NCBI GenBank assembly: GCA_963768055.1
Contig: CAVYGN010000001.1
Coordinates: 1,624,145-1,688,144 of the forward strand
DNA from: an uncultured Spirochaetota bacterium
Lineage (GTDB): Bacteria > Spirochaetota > Brevinematia > Brevinematales > JAOACQ01
DNA: 64,000 bases
Reading direction: 5' to 3'
Under the pieces are notes generated by a model. That model did not search any database, was not told the origin of the DNA, and was given only the letters and a program-made list of their open reading frames with translations. Both the position numbers and the translations under genes were made by a program. Positions 59,084 through 64,000 of this stretch are shown one piece after another. Positions within the stretch are counted from its first letter, which is position 1. Every line of letters starts with the position of its first letter.

Positions 59084-60421
59084 ATGGGTGAAAGCCAAAA
59101 TCAGGCATTACGAGTCGATTTTGATAAGAGTCTAAGGCTTGAATTTCATGGTTCAACCATTACTTCTGATGCCGGACTACTTGCTTATCGTGAACTTGAT
59201 GACGCATTGGGATTGACAGACATTGCGGCAAAGTGCCTGAAAGATATCAGATTTGGAAAGAACAAACAGCATAGTATTGCAGCACAATTGCGGCAATCCG
59301 TATTCAGCAGGCTTGCGGGATATGAAGACACAAATGATGCGGAACGTCTTTCCGTTGATCCTGCCATGAGGCAGGTTGTCGGGGGAAGAGCTCTTATTCA
59401 TACGGCTGCGTCAACGAGCCAGATGGGAAGGTTTGAAACTGAAGTTCTAACTCTTCCGGATAACATCAAAGCCCTTATGAATCTTTCCGGGCAATGGATT
59501 GACAGGTTAAGGGATCAGGTTCCCATGAGAAATCTTGTTCTCGATATGGACAGCTCTGTGAGTGAAACATATGGAAGACAGGATGGGACTGCATATAATG
59601 GACACTTTGGATGTACTTGTTACCACCCCCTTTTTTGCTTCAACCAGTTTGGCGATGTCGAGTTTGCCCTTCTTCGGGAAGGTAATGTACACAGCGCTGA
59701 TAACTGGAAAAAAGTATTAGATCCAATTGTTGCCCGTTACCGTAATAGAAAATTTCCTCATTACTTCAGAGGGGATGCCGGCTTTGCCAAACCCGAGATT
59801 TACGAGTACCTGGAATCAGAACATTTCAAGTATGCCATTCGCTTACCAGCCAATGATATTTTATACAGTGAAATCGGACATCTCCTTACAAGGCCGGTAG
59901 GACGGCCGTCATATACACCTGTTGTCTGGTACCATGAATTCCTGTATAAAGCGGCATCCTGGGCTCGTGATCGCAGGATAATAGCAAAGGTGGAATGGCA
60001 CCAGGGAGAACTCTTTCCCAGGGTCGGTTTTATCGTTACAAATCTAAGGGCTAAAAAGAAGAAAGTAGTCCATTTTTACAATATGAGGGGAACAGCGGAA
60101 CAATGCATTAAAGAGGGTAAGAATGCTGTAAAGTGGACAAGGCTCTCCTGTCATGATTTTATCGATAATCATGTCCGGCTCCAGTTATTTGTCCTTGCCT
60201 ACAATCTTGGAAACTTCTTCCGGCATTCAGCTTTACCCAGAGTAATGAAACACTGGACCATGACGACACTCAGGGAAAAGCTAATAAAAATCGGTGCAAA
60301 GGTTGTCAGCCATGCTCGCTATGTGGTTTTCCAGATGGCGGAAGTCGCCGTCCCGAAAGGGCTGTTTGCCGTTATCCTTGATAGATTACATAGATTAAGG
60401 CTACTGTTTGGCGTTGGTTAA
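59084..60421 (+). CDS. IS1380 DDE transposase
   Basis: [42 protein letters not shown]. Confidence 0.95.
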   Translation: MGESQNQALRVDFDKSLRLEFHGSTITSDAGLLAYRELDDALGLTDIAAKCLKDIRFGKNKQHSIAAQLRQSVFSRLAGYEDTNDAERLSVDPAMRQVVGGRALIHTAASTSQMGRFETEVLTLPDNIKALMNLSGQWIDRLRDQVPMRNLVLDMDSSVSETYGRQDGTAYNGHFGCTCYHPLFCFNQFGDVEFALLREGNVHSADNWKKVLDPIVARYRNRKFPHYFRGDAGFAKPEIYEYLESEHFKYAIRLPANDILYSEIGHLLTRPVGRPSYTPVVWYHEFLYKAASWARDRRIIAKVEWHQGELFPRVGFIVTNLRAKKKKVVHFYNMRGTAEQCIKEGKNAVKWTRLSCHDFIDNHVRLQLFVLAYNLGNFFRHSALPRVMKHWTMTTLREKLIKIGAKVVSHARYVVFQMAEVAVPKGLFAVILDRLHRLRLLFGVG

Positions 60422-60556
60422 TACTATTTATTTGATATCGGATTTTTCAAGGGGTTACTGTCGCCTTTTTGTTTAAAGGTTAGCAGAACATCGCCTGAAA
60501 TCTGATTTTATGTTATTATCGAATGAATTTTATATAAAGAAACCTGGATTTTAATG

Positions 60557-60585
60557 TTGACAAAGTTATTTTACGGAATCATAAT
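60557..60585 (+). promoter_or_regulatory. Outward-facing promoter near the IS1380 right end, TTGACA-17-CATAAT
   Basis: Near-consensus boxes with 17-bp spacing, about 50 bp inside the right IR. Confidence 0.6.
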
Positions 60586-60981
60586 AAATCAATCCATTAA
60601 ATGGGAGAGTTTGGGGTGTCATTTGGGAAATATCGGTTAAACAGTGGCAGAGATGATCAAGATATCGATTTAAATGTATTAAGAGAAGCTTGCTTAAACA
60701 ATAATCAATCAGAAACAACAAGAAGGGCTACCGATCAAGCTTTAAGTGATTATCAAATAGAAAACATAATTCTATACAATTATCATATAGAAGAAAATAC
60801 CAATTTAATCAGAGATATAGATTCTTTATTATCAATACCCCATGTATAGTATTTTTTTATATAAAAGCTTTTTTTTGCTTCGTCAAGTGCATAGTTCCGA
60901 ATTTATATTGTCAAAATTCATTATTACTTTTTATTGGAGAATTTGTTAAGGAAGTAAACATTTTTATTGATTTTATAAATT

Positions 60982-61090
60982 TGCGTAATCCGGGGCACCA
61001 GACGAAACCTTCCATGTAATCCGTTTCAAATCTGCCACCTAATCCTGTTGAACCCTGCCGGGTATTCCGGGTGAAATTTCCCCTGGATGA
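60982..61090. mobile_element. Solo IS21-like terminal remnant
   Basis: TGCGTAATCCGGGGC start and repeated TAATCC...CTGCC / TATTCCGG units, GC-rich within AT-rich DNA; no transposase. Confidence 0.45.
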
Positions 61091-61253
61091 TTTGATTAGA
61101 TATGATGGTTGGGGATTTTAGCTTGTAATTTAAGGGGATTCTATTTTGGAAACACCCAGGGGAATTCGCCATTCATTTAATTTTCTTTAATACGTTTTTC
61201 AAATTCTATCATAAATTTGACTATTGAATGACAGAATTTATTAATTAATTAAA

Positions 61254-61979
61254 TTATTCACAAATAATATGTTGAGTTGGAATAGTCTGATATTCAATAT
61301 CATAAATCCAAAAGTTTCCAACATTATTAAAGGGAAACCAACAATCACTCTTATTTGGTACCCTAAATTTTTCTAACCTGTATGTATCTTTATTCTGATT
61401 TGAGTATTCAACCTGACAAAATACTATCCCTATTCCTTTAGCTAATACTACTAATCTTTTTGTGTAACAGTAACCAGTATAATTTAAAGGAAACTCGAAG
61501 GAAGATTCAACGGCAATACAGTTAGATATTTTCCTCTTAATCTTATTTGGAATTTTATCATACGGAACACTATTAAGCCTTTTGGTTTTTATTTTTGTCT
61601 TAAATCCATCACTTTCTTGATTTTCAATCCATTCAGAACTTTCATGAAGGATGTATTTACCTGGTGAGATTATGACATGGGTAAATGAATTTATAAACGC
61701 GTACCTATTAACATAAATAATTTCAGAGTTGTTAGTTAGTAATAGATCCATAAAACCCACTGCATTATCAAGACTGCTTTTGGTTAGAATTAAACGCATT
61801 GAATGAATAAATCCAGTCGACTCCTGATGAGATACTTTTTCTATTACCTGATAACATTCTTTATGATGTCCACCTCCTTTTATACGATACTTTGAAGAAA
61901 AGTAAATGTTAAGATAATATCCGATAAACGCTAGAACAAGAGCTATTATTATTGAAATTAAAGTCATTGATTGATCCAT
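61254..61979 (-). CDS. Membrane-anchored hypothetical protein, last gene of the rSAM operon
   Basis: N-terminal TM helix, beta-rich body with AKGIGIV; starts 35 bp after the rSAM stop. Confidence 0.7.
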   Translation of the reverse strand: MDQSMTLISIIIALVLAFIGYYLNIYFSSKYRIKGGGHHKECYQVIEKVSHQESTGFIHSMRLILTKSSLDNAVGFMDLLLTNNSEIIYVNRYAFINSFTHVIISPGKYILHESSEWIENQESDGFKTKIKTKRLNSVPYDKIPNKIKRKISNCIAVESSFEFPLNYTGYCYTKRLVVLAKGIGIVFCQVEYSNQNKDTYRLEKFRVPNKSDCWFPFNNVGNFWIYDIEYQTIPTQHIICE

Positions 61980-62014
61980 ATTTGAAATCCTTAAGTAAAC
62001 GGAATCTTATTTTA

Positions 62015-63337
62015 TTAATTTATTTGTTTGCTCCAGCACATAACATCCTTTCTACGAATTCCATCATTGGTAAGATTGTAATTGCATCCACCACCACATT
62101 TATTTATAAACTTACATCCAATACAATCAAGTGGTGATTTTGATATTATTTCCTTACCAAATTCTGCTGCTTTTTGCCATATTTTTTCAAGAGAGTCTTT
62201 TGGATATTTGCCAAGATGATAATTTCTCATATGTGGACATGGTGTAACAGTCCCATCCGCACAAATATTAAGCACATCATTTCCAGCATTACAAGGACCA
62301 AGAACAGAATAGCTTTCATTAACTAAGTGCGGGTAAAAACATAAAGGTTCAAACCCGATAACAGTTTCACTATGTTTTTTTTCAAGCAAAACTAATTTTC
62401 TGGAAACTTTTTTTAACTCATTTATACTCAAGGAAAGCTTTTCTCCATTTGGTCCGGAAGGCATATAACGAAAAACCACAAATCTATCAGCTCCATTTTT
62501 AAATGCTAAATTCGCAGTTTTTTCTATCAGGTTCCAGTTTATAGATGATACTGTCATTGCGACTCTAGTTTCGATACCAATTTTGGAAAATATTTTAAGC
62601 GCATTAATAGCCTTATTATAAACTCCATTACCACGAATATAATCATGAACAGTAGGCGGACCATCTAAACTTATCTGTGCAATACCCAAACCTGCATTTT
62701 TTAGTTTTATCGCATTTTTATTGGTTATAAAAACACCACTAGTACTAATAGCAGTTTTTATTTTTGTTGAAGCACAACGACTCAAATATTCCGGAAGATT
62801 TTTGTCAAGGGTCGGTTCGCCTCCTCCAAAACCAACAGTCATAACTCCAAGTTTTGTTAGTCCATCTATAAGTTGAAATACCCACTGACTCCTATCTTCA
62901 AAATTTTTCTCTTTCTTAATCTTTGCCCTTGTATAGCAGTGAATACATTGCAAGATACATTTATCTGTAATTTCAATAAAAGCGCTAAGTGGCGCTGAAA
63001 GCTTTGGGGTAAATTTTAAATTTACTTTTGTGAAATTATATCTATCGAATCTGGGGAAGGAATTATTATCAACAACCTTTAGTATTCCTATTTGAGATAA
63101 TTCATTAATAAAGCTTTCGATCATATTTTTATCGATTCTCGGGTATTTTATTAGCACCTTTTCGGTAAGATTTCTAACAGATATTGGAATTTTGCAATTC
63201 TCAAGAATTGTTGTTCCAACTCTATTAAGTTTAAAAAATTGGGGAACATCAGGTCGCTCAAGTTCAAAAGGTACTAAAATAATTGAGCCGAAAGTTTCAT
63301 TCCTTAAATTAATTCCTTTATGTAAAAATACCTTCAT
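62015..63337 (-). CDS. Radical SAM/SPASM peptide maturase with N-terminal PqqD-like RRE
   Basis: RRE-like FFKLNRVGTTILE..FINELSQIGIL; CILQCIHC; GGGEP; SLDG; SPASM CNAG..ADGTVTPC..CIGCKFINKCGGGC..CW. Confidence 0.92.
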   Translation of the reverse strand: MKVFLHKGINLRNETFGSIILVPFELERPDVPQFFKLNRVGTTILENCKIPISVRNLTEKVLIKYPRIDKNMIESFINELSQIGILKVVDNNSFPRFDRYNFTKVNLKFTPKLSAPLSAFIEITDKCILQCIHCYTRAKIKKEKNFEDRSQWVFQLIDGLTKLGVMTVGFGGGEPTLDKNLPEYLSRCASTKIKTAISTSGVFITNKNAIKLKNAGLGIAQISLDGPPTVHDYIRGNGVYNKAINALKIFSKIGIETRVAMTVSSINWNLIEKTANLAFKNGADRFVVFRYMPSGPNGEKLSLSINELKKVSRKLVLLEKKHSETVIGFEPLCFYPHLVNESYSVLGPCNAGNDVLNICADGTVTPCPHMRNYHLGKYPKDSLEKIWQKAAEFGKEIISKSPLDCIGCKFINKCGGGCNYNLTNDGIRRKDVMCWSKQIN

Positions 63338-63423
63338 GGGTTTCTTCTCAGTAAAAACTTAACAATAGCATCGATGAAAGCTCCTGACTCACAATGGCTT
63401 GGATTAACCTCCGCAACAATCAT
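63334..63423 (-). CDS. Possible 29-aa translationally coupled micro-ORF
   Basis: MIVAEVNPSHCESGAFIDAIVKFLLRRNP with ATGA overlaps at both ends. Confidence 0.35.
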   Translation of the reverse strand: MIVAEVNPSHCESGAFIDAIVKFLLRRNP

Positions 63424-63638
63424 AATAGCTCCCAAGGTTTCTTTACACCATAAGCTTTACATGGTCCACAAGACCAATCAGGGCGCTGTGAACACGAAAT
63501 ATGAAGTGGAACTATTTCAGGTATTTCCTCCAATAATAAATCACTTCTAACGAGATGCTCATCCGCATCTTTTTGCAATTTGCTCTCATTTACAATGTCT
63601 TTAGGTAATTCACCTTGATATAAGTCTGTTTTTTCCAT
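63420..63638 (-). CDS. Putative RiPP precursor peptide (72 aa)
   Basis: GGAGG RBS; acidic leader (..DLLLEEIPEIVPL) and core HISCSQRPDWSCGPCKAYGVKKPWELL; lies between two SPASM genes. Confidence 0.75.
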   Translation of the reverse strand: MEKTDLYQGELPKDIVNESKLQKDADEHLVRSDLLLEEIPEIVPLHISCSQRPDWSCGPCKAYGVKKPWELL

Positions 63639-63652
63639 AAGTACCTCCAAAT

Positions 63653-64000
63653 TTAATTTGCCATTTTATTATTTTTAGCCCATTTGCCACTATAGGGGTC
63701 ATACAAGCATCTATTGTTTTTTTTATAAATGTTATTTATATTTTCTTCATAAGCCAATGGTCTGCAATCTGTACAAATATACTTAAATTCACATTCTTTA
63801 CATATTTGCACATCATCCAATGTCAGTGTCCAAGGCTGCGAAATTGCAACATCAATAATATCTTCAAAATTATCAGTAATTATATCTCCCAATATCAAGT
63901 CTCGAGCATGAGGGCATGGGACAACTTTACCATCGAAACGTAAAAACAGCATGTTTCCCCAACATGAATTATATCGTTTAGAATATAGGAATGATTGTGG
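63653..64000 (-). CDS. SPASM-domain (radical SAM-type) protein, 3' part only
   Basis: YNSCWGNMLFLRFDGKVVPCP..CKECEFKYICTDCR..RCLYDPYSGKW; frame open to the window edge. Confidence 0.88.
   Translation of the reverse strand, partial: PQSFLYSKRYNSCWGNMLFLRFDGKVVPCPHARDLILGDIITDNFEDIIDVAISQPWTLTLDDVQICKECEFKYICTDCRPLAYEENINNIYKKNNRCLYDPYSGKWAKNNKMAN

Larger units (their letters stand above)
58978..60636 (+). mobile_element. IS1380-family insertion sequence (1659 bp)
   Basis: IRs CCCACATTTCCCAGATGA / CCGATATTTCCCAAATGA (15/18), 5-bp TSD TTAAA. Confidence 0.95.
58895..60849 (+). pseudogene. ~96-aa hypothetical gene interrupted by IS1380
   Basis: MIQRELRRLIRESRLSQERKAVWRNIL|NSGRDDQDIDL... rejoins in frame when the IS and one TTAAA copy are removed. 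Confidence 0.85.
58210..60899 (+). mobile_element. Transposase-less IS1595-like remnant with passenger genes (contains the nested IS1380)
   Basis: Right end CGTCAAGTGCATAGTTCCG resembles IS1595-type IRs; possible transposase tail HIKDYIDA* overlaps a small basic ORF; YodC cargo. Confidence 0.45.

Noticed and set aside
63420-63422. Selenocysteine read-through of the precursor TGA
   Set aside because: The context (WELL-TGA-LLRR) is not Cys-like, the adjacent hairpin is weak and too close for a convincing SECIS, and the ATGA overlap explains the TGA.
1-64000. tRNA/rRNA genes or prophage
   Set aside because: No cloverleaf or rRNA signatures and no phage structural or integrase genes were noticed by eye; tRNAscan-SE would be needed to be certain.

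Overview
Bacterial chromosomal segment, probably from a spirochaete. This is inferred from unlinked groES and groEL, a tandem-cNMP regulator and gene style; it is not proven. (1) Positions 1-26.9 kb hold a minus-strand surface-glycan locus: GT4, GT2, Wzx, GT10, GtrA/GtrB-like genes, two large GT-C-like membrane proteins, the CDP-3,6-dideoxyhexose genes rfbFGH with a reductase, an SDR, a HAD phosphatase, a NeuB-like synthase and a YerE-like ThDP enzyme. Together these suggest a higher-carbon branched sugar. (2) An ~8 kb AT-rich polymorphic-toxin island (8.3-16.25 kb) splits that locus. It carries tandem orphan immunity-like paralogues (one broken by an IS21 with a 7-bp TSD), a 5'-truncated RHS gene with a PPPDE-like papain-fold tip and its immunity gene, and two TA modules whose toxin-type partner genes are destroyed. 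(3) Positions 27-54 kb are housekeeping: Slt, a short RNase R, rnpB, LysM/M23, an ABC ATPase, a cNMP protein, purB, mutS, GH27, groEL, leuA, GntR-trpBA, GT2, groES, a FliG-C-repeat protein and icd, with a TTAA-flanked MITE family. (4) Positions 54.2-64 kb form an AT-rich accessory island: an ABC-ATPase/TOPRIM fusion nuclease, truncated ParB-like and FRG genes, an IS1595-like remnant with YodC cargo, an intact IS1380, and, at the edge, a two-SPASM radical-SAM RiPP cluster with an unfamiliar 72-aa Cys/Trp precursor. All calls come from reading motifs by eye; no searches were run.
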